This document shows positions 20,778 through 32,623 of a stretch of 64,000 nucleotides of DNA, piece by piece (position 1 is the stretch's first letter; each line of letters opens with the position of its first letter). The notes under the pieces were generated by a model, which saw nothing but the letters and a program-made list of their open reading frames with translations, was not told the origin of the DNA and did no database searches. Origin of the DNA: Naegleria gruberi (taxonomy: Eukaryota); the NCBI GenBank assembly GCA_000004985.1, contig GG738901.1, one strand, 5' to 3'. The position numbers and the translations under genes are program-made.

Positions 20778-21362
20778 ATGGAAGACATACAGAAATTCCT
20801 ACTATCTACTCAATCAAACAATGAATTAGTAATAGAAACATTGAAAGACAGAATCAAAGAACTGGAAGCTAAACTCCCAAACAATGATCTTCTTATGGAG
20901 AATGCTCTTTTAAAGCAATCTAATGCAAACCTCAAACAACAATATGTGTTACTTTCCGATAAAATAGCAAACATGAACACCATGTTAGAACCACTTTCAA
21001 ATCCCTTATCATCTTTGGGCTCAGGTAGTAAACCTTTAAAGAAACTGACTCTTGCAGAGGCATTACTAAAAGAAAATATTGCTCCATTCAGAGGTGAATT
21101 GGCTGATGTTTTAGTCCCTCCACAAAGGAGAGAACGTCTTAGACATTGTGATTTTAATCCTGAAAATTGTTGTACATCCCTTCGTGAATACTGTAACAAG
21201 GCAACAGAAATCATGGGAGAAAGGATTTATTTTCCTGGTGAAGAATCTGAAAAGAAGAAGACTAAAAAGAAGTCTGTAAAGAGAAAGAAAGATGGTACTG
21301 AATCAGATGAAGAATCAGATAAGAAGAAGACTTCCAAAAAGAAGTCTGTAAAGAAAAAGTAA
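20778..21362 (+). CDS. Hypothetical coiled-coil protein with Lys-rich C-terminus
   Basis: A 194-aa ORF with an ATG start, a heptad-like N-terminal region and a KKKTKKKSVKRKK...KKKTSKKKSVKKK tail. Confidence 0.65.
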   Translation: MEDIQKFLLSTQSNNELVIETLKDRIKELEAKLPNNDLLMENALLKQSNANLKQQYVLLSDKIANMNTMLEPLSNPLSSLGSGSKPLKKLTLAEALLKENIAPFRGELADVLVPPQRRERLRHCDFNPENCCTSLREYCNKATEIMGERIYFPGEESEKKKTKKKSVKRKKDGTESDEESDKKKTSKKKSVKKK

Positions 21363-21466
21363 ATGGCGTTCAAGAACAAATACCTTGACTTTTTACAATA
21401 ATAAACACTGTCACTTAAAGTTTTTTCTCAATTTCCAGCATTGATTGGAAATTAAGAGTAAAAAAA

Positions 21467-24400
21467 ATGAAACGAAAACTCCCATCATCATCTTCATCAA
21501 ATTCGGGAGGAAATTTTGATCATCATCAGCAAAATTCTCTTTCATCGTCCAATTCCCGAATGATGGAAATGATTAGGAGTCAGAAGGAGAGACGGAAAAA
21601 GATTAAACAACAGGAAAATACTTCATCAGCCTTTTTTATTATGGATACATTGCATGGAATTTATTCGGAAAAGAAGAATACATCATCATCAGCTTCATCA
21701 GAAGTACAGAGTTTATTTAATCTAGTGACGATTGGTTTATTAGCCGACTTGTCGAAATGTGAGAATTCATTGGAAATATTTAGAGAGAAAATTGAAAAGT
21801 ATATTGTGCATTCTGATCAGTATCGGGATGAAGCCAATTTAATGAATCAATTTATTGTATATCATATTTATCTTTCACAGGAGATTTTCCTTTGTTTTTT
21901 GAGGAGTAAAAGTGAGGCTGTGATTAGAGACAGATTAATAGAAATTGGATTGAAGAGCATTTTGGCTTTTGTAAATTCTAATAGCAATATTATCGAGTAT
22001 TATTTTAATAGATTCTTCAAGTTTTTAAACTGTGAATTTATTAACAAGTTGGCAGATAGAAATGTGTGGATACACATGCTGTCCAGCACGGAATTTCTAC
22101 AATTTACTTCAAAGGGGATTCAAAGGTTGTTTAATGTGACAAGTGAAGATACTCTCACATTGCACATTACAACTCTGTCACTTCTACAAGAATCTCAAAC
22201 TATTTCAATACCTAATTTTATAATGACATGCTCCGACTACTTTATAGATAATTTGGCACATAGGACAATATTGGAAAATCATAACTTTGAGAGCAATCCA
22301 AATATTGTTCAACACTTTGAGAATGTTTCATATCAGTGTATTTGGTTTATAACATTCTATGATAAGAAACGAGACACATCAAAATTACTGAGATTTATTT
22401 CGAATTTCAGGAAAGTTAGACAAGGGGAGAATTCACCTCTAATGATATGGGAAAACCTCTCTAATAATTTATCCAATCCTTTACCGCTGAAATCATACAT
22501 GACACTGTTAAAATCTGGAAAGAAGATTATTGACAAGCCTCTATTTCAATCTTTTGTAATTAGCGAGTTTTATAATTTATTCCAAGTTTCAGACAAATTA
22601 TCAACAGAGGAAATATTTAAAAAGAACAAGGAGCCAATCTACTTGACTGTAGAACCAGGATCTGACAAGATCTTAGAAGAGGTATTTCAATGGAATATGG
22701 ATAATTTGGAGAATTTTAATGAGCAAATGTGTGACATTTTGCGAGAGTTATTCTCCTTTCAGAATCTTGATTTTGTAGTCATGACACATTTTGTTAACAA
22801 GTTGTTAAAACTACAAGAGAATACTATTCTTAAATTATTGGATGAATTAGTTTTGGAATATATCAATAGAGAGGACATTCCTGGATGTGTAAATTGCCTA
22901 ATTATTGGAAGGAATATCTTTCCAATCCCAAAAACAATGAAACCTAAAAATGCTGTCTCCAATGGTAACCTACATCTTTCAACCATTGATCAGTGGATGA
23001 AGGACAACTTTTTCGTATACCTTTCTTCAGGTGGAACCAATACTGGAATTGAAAGAAATACGAGGCAGGCGTCCTTTGTGACTAAATTGATAGAGTATAT
23101 TATTCCACTAGAGAATAGCCTTCTGTTGACATTGTATCAAAAGGTTTTAAATAACCTTGTAAATTCTAGGTATGAATTAGTGAGTACCTTATTGAATAAG
23201 ATTAAGAAGGCACAACAATCTGAAACTGAAACCGATCAAGACTCAACAGCTGACTCCGACTATGAGGAATTAAAAACAATATTATTGGAGTATGAAAAAT
23301 ATGGAGAGAATGCCTATAACACATCATCCAAGTCCTCAATTCTTCCCCTCTCCTACTATCCAGTCATGAAAAAGACCAAATGGTGCAATGTGATTGTTCC
23401 CCAACTTCTCTCCTTCACACTAAGGGACAGTCATGATGGAGTAATGAGAACAAAATTTGAGAAACTCAAGTCAGCTCTCATTTCATCATTGGTCAATAGA
23501 AAGCTAATTCCAAAGGATATGATACAAATTGCAGATCCAAAAGAGGATAGCCAAGGTGTGGAAAGCGCTTCTTCAACACTCCATCTCAAAGTTTCATTAG
23601 TGGAGGGATGTTTGTTACGAGTTGTTTCTGAAATTGAAAATCAAATCAAGAAACAATCAACTAACATTGATTCACTCTTGGCACTCTTTTTTGAATGCCA
23701 CACAGCTATTACAGCTGTTACTAATATTTTAAAATCAGAAACATTTGATGTGAAAGTGAGGAACTCTACTCAAAGCAAACTGGTGGAAATAGTACTTCAA
23801 TCATTTTATGAATGTTGTATGGTAATGGGATCATTTAGCCAACACGAGGGATTACTTGTTACTATTTTGAGTGATGGAAATTCTCAAATATCTGAAACCT
23901 CGTCAAGTCAAAGAAAGCAAAACCATCTCGATTGGATAGTGCTATTCAAAGTTTCAGTTCTGATGCCTTTGGCTAATGTTAGTTCTTTGATCAAAGATAG
24001 AATACTGAAACTGCTGAAAAATATCAATACCAAAGACTCTAACTCTGATTTGATATTTACAATGTCAGTGCTATTGTCATCATTAATTACTGTTTCTACT
24101 AATGAAGTTACAATTATTCAAGAATTTATAGAATTGACCAACAAAGGAAAAGATCAATCCTCCCACAAAGTATTAGCAAATGGACTTGAAGAAAGAATGG
24201 CTTTGATTAAAGCCTGCTTTTTCATTTGGGATGAAATCAAGCCAAAGAATTTTGTTGAATCAATTATATTTGCCAAGTTGATAGTCTCCTGTTTAGAATT
24301 GTGCCACCATTTTCAAAACTATAACTCTGATTTTGGTGAATCCATCAATGTAATTGATTGTATTTCACATAATATTCTTGAAGAGACCTTCCAAAGATCT

Positions 24401-26393
24401 ATAGTCGAGCACTTTACTTCCTCTCAACCTAGAGATAATGAGTTCTTTTGCTTTATTCCAGCCAAAATGCAAAGATTATACTTTTGGATTAGCTCAAGAT
24501 ACTCTTTACTATTTTCTCAGGTGGATATTTCATCAAGAAAGAGTGAGAAGGTCCAACAATTTTCAAATTTGACCAAGCAAGATGAGTCTAAATTCAAGCA
24601 AGTGAAAAATCATTTAGAAAGCATACACTCATCCTTTAATAATGAATTTATTGATAATCTATTTAATGGAATTCAATTACTTGACTTTGATGAGTGGACA
24701 TATTTCGAGTTAAATATCCAGGATGAAATGTGCCACAAGGTATTATCTTCCTACTATAAGAATCAATTCCTTCAATATAATACCCTACTCTCATCCAAAA
24801 TGTCCCAAAACTCATTACCGTTCATGCTTTCAACATTGTTTTCACAGGCATTGTCTTTTGAAAGGGAATGCGAGCATCATTCTATAATGATACAATCCCT
24901 GATTGGCTTGATTCCAAAATTCAGTACGAATGACCAATTTTCCAACCAAGACCAATTTTGGCTATTTAAATCATGGCTACAAGCTATGCAATCAAGTCAA
25001 GAACATTCGAGAAAATGCCTCTATGATTTCGTAATATTTACCGAGCATCTAGATCCAATTATTTATTATTTGGGAACATATTCACTCTCTGTATTCTCCC
25101 AAGATTTTGATTCGAATATCAAGGTTTTGAAAAATACCCTTTCTCAATTTTCAAAATCTTGCCTTATACCAATATCACATCTGCATCCTTGGCCAGTTTT
25201 GTTTACCTCAAAGATTTTGGAAGGATTATTTTCACTAGTTTCCATTTCTCTAACCTGGATACCAAAGAGAGATACTTCAACTAGGGAACTGAAACAGTTG
25301 TTCAGAAATTTCATAACAGAAAACGAAATACTCAAACTTAATATTACAAGACATCTAGGATTACATGTATCAAATTTGGAGACTTGGATTTTCAATTACT
25401 TTTCAAACTCTCAAACAAACAAGGAAGAACTTTTATATAATTCAAAGGAAACACTCAAGGAAATTGTATCAGATTTGGAAAGGGATTATAATTTTGGTTT
25501 AAAGTTTTTGGTAAAGGAAACTCCTCTTGCCTTACTGAACACAATGTTGAACAAAATTGATTGCAATTTTGGAGGTTTATTGATTTCAGACATGTTGATT
25601 TCACTATTTATTAGTCCAACAGCTTCGAAATATTTGGATCCATTCTTTGAATTGAAAGAAAAAACAATTGAACAGCTGCCATCTCAGATATCAATCCATT
25701 CCCAAACAATTCTTGATTATCTAGATGAAACCAAATTCTCAAATACCACAGACACCAATAGATTGTCCAAAATAATAGAACTTGTATTTGGGAGAATAAG
25801 TTCCTTACTGAACACTCAGGAATTGGGTAGAGAAATGGTTCGACTTTTTCCAACAATTACTTAAATCCCTTTTCATCCACTACATTTCATTCATTAAGAA
25901 AATAGAACACATCTCTACCGCAACAATTCCAAATCCTCAAATTAACACCATCCACCAAGATATTCCCAAAATTTTAAAAACTATTATCCATCAAATATTA
26001 GCAAGCAATCCGATTAATTTTATTGCCATTGCCGAACAAGCCATACATGGCAACATTTCAGGTTTGCCACACTTTGAAGAAGACTCCTACCAAAAAGCGG
26101 AATATCAATCATTAATTACCATAGCCCTAGTTCAAATAATTTTGGCAAATGATGAGTTAATAAGATGCATCCTTAATCCAGATAGTGAGTCTCCATGGCT
26201 CGCTTTAACAAACTCTGCTGAATTCCAAAATATACTTTCTCAATTATTGGAAAATATTAATTCAATGGCTCTCCATAGTGAGATTCTTGTAAATTCACAA
26301 AGAATCAAGCTCAACCGAATCACTCCAACAGCACTCAATTTGGCTAGAAAGTTAATTCAAAAGAAATTAATCTCTGAAAGCGCCATTATCTAA
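21467..26393 (+). CDS. Large (~1,625 aa) alpha-helical-repeat-like hypothetical protein; proposed 2 exons
   Basis: The ORF 21467-25864 stops, but the +1 frame stays open from 25812 to 26393 with no ATG (the tracked 'M' at 26064 is TTG). A phase-0 intron at 25784-25832 (GTATTT...branch-like TTACTGAAC...GTAGAG) joins ...SKIIEL to KWFDFFQQLLKSLF... An alternative is intron 25838-25898. No domain was recognised. Confidence 0.65.
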
Positions 26394-28076
26394 TCATCTG
26401 ATACAATCAAGTACATAATGTAGGAAATAATAAATATCAGCGAAGGTGTACTTGATTTGATCATTTCATAAAGAACTTTTCTATTCTTAAGATTAGAATA
26501 AATCACCATAAGGAATTGTCTAGGAGCAATTTGACCCTTGAATTTTCCCAACTTGTCATTGATCTGAATTTGCCTCACATCGCTTACACTAAATCCAAAT
26601 GCTGTCAAAATCCAATTAATCAAGGAAATGTATTTTGTTGCCTGAACTGTTTTTAACTCTGAAACTAAATCTGTTTTTGGATCATACTTCATGACAGTAT
26701 ATTGTCCATTGAAAAAGTTTGAAGGTTGTAACCAAATTGAAGGAGCATTTTGAATACTCTTTGTATGTTTTCTCTTTTGAGCTTCCATGAAAAAATAATA
26801 ACGACTATAAACTTCTGACATCATGGCTCTCTTCCAAATGAAAATGAGTCCCAAACAGAATAGACCAATCCAGAAAACATTGCTTTGTTTCCATCTATTC
26901 AATCTACTGGCAGTCAACCAAGAATAGAAAAATACAATGAGTGTAAAGTCCCAACTCGTTACAATACCAAATGAATATAATTCTGATGAAATTGGATACA
27001 AGAGTGCAGTACCAAAATTAGTCATGAAATCCAACAATAAATGAGAACTCAAGCAACATGCAGATAATGTTGTACAATGTGTAAAGCTGTTAAATCCATG
27101 CAAGCCCAACACTTTCTGAACTCCAAAACCAATGAGTGGGGATAATAATAAATTAATAGGCAGAGAATGTGAAATAGTTCGCCTAAATGTAAGACTATTC
27201 TTGTCACGTCTTTCAAGCATGGCTTTCCAATTTCTTCTTGCGTTAGTAACTGTTGGTTGAGTATCCTCAGAATCAGAATCATATTGAGATAAATTACTAG
27301 AGCTACCAGCAGGAGTCTGTGCTGCATTAAGTGAAGAACTACTGAAACTTGAAGTCATTCCACCACCAGAAGATTCCTCCTGTTTCTTATTTGTTAATGA
27401 AATAAAAAGCTCCCACAATCTATGAATTCTGTCAATCATTCTCGAAAATCCCTTGAAGAATGACAAGAAAAACGAAATGATGAATAATGCAATATCTACA
27501 TCAGGTAAATTAGCCAAAATCATTCCAACTACGTAATACTTTTGTTCAAAAGTCAAATGGGAGAAGAATCGTTTAATTCTCCTCAGAAATTTAAACATAT
27601 TCGTGCTCAACACTTTAAAGAATTGTTTGAGTGATGTTTTTCTCAATAATTGTATCTTATCCTTTCCCATCATTAATTTACTTGCTCTATAGAGTTTCAA
27701 TTATAATATTTGGATCATTATTTTCCAATCAAGGCAATACATTCCATTGTCATCATTATCCGATAACAATATTTAAATAACAATTAATAGTAAATTTAAA
27801 TAATAATATTGATGATAATAATAATAATATTATAAATTAAATTGATGATCATCAAACATACCCATTAGCAGCCATTACTCCTCCATCCACAAGTGATTTT
27901 CCAATCAAGTAGAGAAATTGTTGTTGATCGGAGGTGTGTTTCAAATGTTCACTGTGTTTGACCATTGGACTCTCAGGAATCATTCGAAATCTCTTCCCTT
28001 TATCCGATACAAAATTCCTCTCAAACAAGTATCTCGAAATGACATAACCAAATATTGAGTGAATATCTGTTAACAT
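26390..28076 (-). CDS. Multi-pass membrane protein related to YdjM/DUF457 membrane-bound metal-dependent hydrolases (2 exons)
   Basis: Exons are 28076-27862 and 27686-26390, with a 175-nt intron (GTATGT...CTATAG, phase 2) and a total of 1512 nt. Family-like strings are MLTDIHSIFGYVISRYLF, FRRTISHSLPINLLL and SSHLLLDFMTNFGTALLYPIS. The stop codon overlaps the convergent gene's stop, sharing CTAA at 26390-26393. Confidence 0.65.
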
Positions 28077-28300
28077 TTTTTTATCTTAGTTTTGTTTCTG
28101 TTGTGTAAACAATTGTTGTTTGATAATTTTAATACTTTAAATAATAAAATTAAATAATAATTATTAAATATTTATATATTATTAAATTATGGTTGAATTA
28201 TCGTGCTTGGGTCATCATCGTCTTGATCTTGAGAAAATATCGCAACTGACTCTAATATCCTAGGAGGTGAATAATAAATTAGTGCTGGTTCTCTGAATAT

Positions 28301-29406
28301 TTATTCAGTCTTAGTCTTCTTCTTCTTGTTCCAATGAGGCTTACCACCACGTCCACCAAAGCCCTTTCTCTTATTCTTATTGCTTTCAGCAAACTTAGCT
28401 TCACAGGTCTTAGCAATATACTTTTCCAAATCTTCTGGAGCCATTTCCGAAGCAACAGCTTTACCTGGAAGTTCAATCTTTCCTTCATCGAATTGTTGTT
28501 TAAGAGAATCGAAAACTTCCTTTGATTCCAATCGAAGAATAGCCTTGGTCTTATCACCATCGAGTGGGAAATCAATAAACTTCAAACCATTCTTCTTGTT
28601 GTATGGCAATTTCTTGGAGAAATCAGCAAATCCGAACTTTTCGTCACCTTCAATTCCTTGAATGTGCAAGAAAAAGTTTTGCTTCAATTCAGTTTGCATA
28701 TTAGAAACATCTTCTTGCTTCTTTTCTTGATTCTTCTTTTGCTTACTTTCTTCACGTTCCTTTCTCTTTCTATCAAAATGTTGTTGCTTGGTTTCCAAGA
28801 GGAGAACAGATTCTCCAAACTTGAAGTCAGACTTTCCAGCCAATTCATTAACAGTAGATTCAGAATCGAATTCAATGAAAGCAGATCCCTTGAATGTACC
28901 ATTCTTTTCTCTTCTGGCTCTAACACAGACAACTTTACCAAAAGGTTCAAAAAGAGCCTTGATTGAATCGAGATTAGCAACACTTTCATCGAGTGGGAAT
29001 CCCTTAGCATATAAAGTACGAGCATTGCTAGTATCAACTTCTGGAAGAGCAGTGATTCTTCTAACCAACTTTCCTTCAGCATCAATTTCCAACATGGAAC
29101 TCTTCTTCAAAGCAGAAACAATAAGATCCATATCAGTAGAAATTTGTTTCATTCTATTAAAGGAAGCAATAGTCTTAAGTTCAACATCTATTCATCATCA
29201 TCATTATCAAATTATCATCATCATCAACAATAATATCAATGTATGGGATATCGGTTAATCAATATTGACAATATAAAACACTTACATCCTTCAGGATTGT
29301 TAGCAACGAGACTTCTCAAAAATTTATCCTTTGGAAGATTACTATCACTAAAGTAGAATTCAACTTGTTCACGAATCTTGTTTGAAGTAATTTCAGCGTC
29401 AGACAT
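28301..29406 (-). CDS. La protein (La motif + RRM), 2 exons
   Basis: Exons are 29406-29286 and 29187-28301, with a 98-nt intron (GTAAGT...GAATAG, phase 1) and a total of 1008 nt. The spliced product reads MSDAEITSNKIREQVEFYFSDSNLPKDKFLRSLVANNPEGYVELKTIASFNRMKQIS..., which is a canonical La motif. An RRM follows (RTLYAKGFP...KGSAFIEFDS), then a Lys/Glu-rich tail. Confidence 0.9.
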
Positions 29407-29832
29407 TTTGGTTATTGTTGTATTTTTTTAAAGACGAAAAAACGTTCAAATTTATTTCTGCAATAACATTTGTTGAAGTTGCTCAGAAATGCATAACAGA
29501 TAATAATAAAATATTTGATGATGGTGATGATGAACATGGAGATCAAGATCTGCATGATATGGTTCGGAATGATTCGTTTTTGAAATATAACGTGTTTATA
29601 AATACATTATCATAATGATGTGAGTTAGGTAATTGTTAATTGTTTAATATTAATGTGAGCATTATTAAGGATATAATTTCAATTGTCATCCTCAATGACA
29701 TTTCATGATAGGACTTCTTGGTTCACTACACTTTTGTTGGAATAACTATCTAGAGCTTGATCTCATTTTCATATCTAATCTTGGTTCCCTATAATATAGG
29801 AACAGCTAAGCAAAGCTTATTGCCTAAACAGC

Positions 29833-31136
29833 TTAGTTTTGATGTTCAGGGTGATTATGTCTCGAGTAGAGTGGTTGATCATCTATTTCGTCAGATAAAT
29901 CTTGTATATGAAGACCAGCAAAGGTACTTGAGCTCAGTGTACTCAATTTGATAACTTGCATTTTGCTGAGGGAGATTTCTAATTCTTGTTCAATTTCCTT
30001 TGAGGATTCCTCAGTGATGGCATTCTGATTTTGTAACCAATTGATAAAGTATTCTTCACTGGAGCAAGTGAGGATTGAGAAAACTATTCCTCTATAGTAG
30101 GACCAAAAGTAGTAACTGCCAACAAATATTGGTGTCATGGAGATGACAATTCTGATTGGAATTATTCTGTGAAGTGATAAGAGCCATGTCAGTAAGGCAA
30201 TAATAATACTAGCTACAATAAGAATGAGTCCACTGGTTTCAGTTGCTGCAGAACTGAACTCTTCAAGTACTCTGGAGAAAGTGAATATTGTAAATAAATT
30301 ATTAGTGAACACTTACTTTCTACTAAGAATAATCATAATAACAATCAATACCAAGTAAAAAATTGTAAATGAAAAATTGACAGCAACAGAAGTGACACTA
30401 TATCTACACTTGTCATTGCTAATATAAATTTCCTCAATTGCACTCGCAATAATACAGTAAATTATTACAGGAATCAGCAAGAGCACAATGAAAACCATGT
30501 TAATATATTTGAGTTTTCTCTTTGTTTTAAATCCAATCAAGACAATGAGTTGTCTTGTGAGCAATGTGCAAATCCAACCAAACTATTTCAATTTTTTAGA
30601 ATAATCCATTGCGAAGAAAATACTTACAAATCCAATATTGAAAAACCAAATTGAAAATGTCACACACAATCCCTTTGTTGAATTTGCGAGTAATCCATTA
30701 TTGAACTGTAAAATTCGAAAGATTAAGAATGTATCATTTCTAATACTGAAAAATATGAAATACCTACACAATATCCAATAAACATGACTGCATTGAAGAA
30801 TAAAGTTTTTGCCATTAGAAAGGGATGTTTCGAACGGACAGCAATCTTCTTGTACTTGGTAAAAACCAAAGCCATAGCAACGAAATTACACAAAATCATG
30901 AAACAACCAACAGAAAAAGCAACAATATCTGCAGGTGTTTGTGATGGTACTGGTTTAAATCCGAAAGGGTTTAGAATAGATGAATTAGAGGAATCTCCTG
31001 AATATAATGGTTGATATTGTTCCGTATCAAAATCTCCAAATAAATTAAACAGAGTTGATAGGAGTGGTGTTTGTTGTTCTTCTCCTATCGAATGAAATGT
31101 TAAATGTGTCATGTCATCCACAGTATGTTGAGACAT
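29833..31136 (-). CDS. Seven-transmembrane receptor-like protein (4 exons)
   Basis: Exons are 31136-30768, 30705-30628, 30582-30317 and 30271-29833. The introns are 62, 45 and 45 nt (GTAGGT or GTAAGT ... AG), all phases are consistent, and the total is 1152 nt. The spliced 383-aa product has a ~70-aa N-terminus with NSS sites and seven hydrophobic helices by eye. It ends in an acidic C-terminal tail. The family was not assigned. Confidence 0.75.
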
Positions 31137-31269
31137 TTTTTATTATAATTGTTTGATGGGCTGACAAGCTTGATTACAATACTTTCGAATATTGTGATAC
31201 ATACATTTATTATGTATAGTGGAGAACTAAATACTGATTAAATATTAAATACATGCAGAATATCTTTGA

Positions 31270-32250
31270 TTACAGAACAAATCTTGGTACGTTCTCATTT
31301 TCCTGTGCTAAATAATTTATATTATCAATGTTATTCATTGATAACATGTTTCCAATATTAAATTGAGTAAGGTCTGTATTCTGAGAGAGGAGAAATGTCA
31401 GAATAGTTTCAGAATCATTTGGTCCTGTATATTCTGTGAAATAATCAGAGAAGGGATACTTTTCCAATTTTTCCTTAAAGAGATCAAGCTTGGTAAAAAC
31501 TATTGAAACATCCGCTGGTATATATTCTGAATAATTTACAAATTCACTAAAATTTTGTAAAGCCAACCAAAGACAATTAGCTCCAGAAATTGAGTCTGTT
31601 AAATTGTAATCTGCAAGGGAAATTAAATAAATTACTCGTGTCATGGTATTGTCAAAATGAGAAATCCACTTTCGTTTCTCATTTCTTTGTGGACTAGGAT
31701 CAATTAGTTTACTTGTTTCAAATGAAAATTCATAAATTGATGACTTGGAATGAGGTATTTTAGTTTGTAAAAGATCATGAATTGTAAAATCTGCATTGAT
31801 TGCTTGTAATTTGGCAATGAAATTCTCAGAAAAAAAGTATCGAATATTTTCCATATATCTGAAATGATGTGAAATGAATTCCAATTCCTCACTCTTTAGC
31901 ATTGTTAAATATTTCATAAATTCGATCATGCTTGATGTGAAAACTCCACTTTTCCTAGCTTTTTTAATTTCCTCATTTAAATTACTGAATTTAAAATCGA
32001 CTATTTTGAATGTTTGCCAACAGATGTCCAAACATCGAATGACATACTTTCGAATATGCAATTCTCTTTCTTCCGCATTCATCATGCTATTAGTTTCTTT
32101 CGATAGATGATAAATTCCATGTCGAAAGGTTGACTTTCCACTTGAACATGCTCCTAGAATTAGTATTTGTTTTTTGCATGGTGTAATTCTGCGTCTCAAA
32201 GCAGTATCAATAGCTTGACTGTGAAGTTTCTGCTGCTTTCGTTTACTCAT
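31270..32250 (-). CDS. Heterotrimeric G-protein alpha subunit-like protein with degenerate GTPase motifs
   Basis: A 326-aa ORF starts at ATG after an A-run. It aligns to G-alpha-i across ILILGACSSGKSTF (P-loop kept), IDPSPQRNEKRKWISHFD (versus DVGGQRSERKKWIHCFE), VIYLISLADYNL and SIVFTKLDLFKEKLEKYPFSDYFTEYTG (versus IILFLNKKDLFEEKI...YPEYAG). Confidence 0.85.
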   Translation of the reverse strand: MSKRKQQKLHSQAIDTALRRRITPCKKQILILGACSSGKSTFRHGIYHLSKETNSMMNAEERELHIRKYVIRCLDICWQTFKIVDFKFSNLNEEIKKARKSGVFTSSMIEFMKYLTMLKSEELEFISHHFRYMENIRYFFSENFIAKLQAINADFTIHDLLQTKIPHSKSSIYEFSFETSKLIDPSPQRNEKRKWISHFDNTMTRVIYLISLADYNLTDSISGANCLWLALQNFSEFVNYSEYIPADVSIVFTKLDLFKEKLEKYPFSDYFTEYTGPNDSETILTFLLSQNTDLTQFNIGNMLSMNNIDNINYLAQENENVPRFVL

Positions 32251-32623
32251 TTTTTTCTTTCGTGGTTCTGCAAAAAGTTCTTGTCTTGTTCACTATAAGT
32301 AAGAGAAAGTAAGTTTGACTACAGCTCTGAAAAGTAATCTATTCGCAAATGAGGCAGTTTTACCACATTCCTAAATGAAAATTTTCTTTCCAAAAAAACA
32401 TTTGTTGAATTTTGGCTCCTTTTACCCAGGAAAAATGAAAGTCCTTTAAAGTGCATTCCGACTTACTCACATATCTGTTCGTTCATTATTATCTGATCTA
32501 TTTACCACATGCAATGAACCTCTTAAGAATCCATCAAGTGATAAAAAAACAAATAAATTGATCTCAATCATTGTAGAGGATTAAAATAATATTGTTTTTA
32601 TTCAATTACTATTTTTAAAATCA

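Noticed and set aside
28279-29258. Six overlapping ORFs (62-156 aa) on both strands
   Set aside because: All lie inside the La gene's Lys/Glu-rich region, where low-complexity AAG/GAA repeats keep several frames open. Only the La frame has recognisable La-motif and RRM sequence and a phase-consistent intron.
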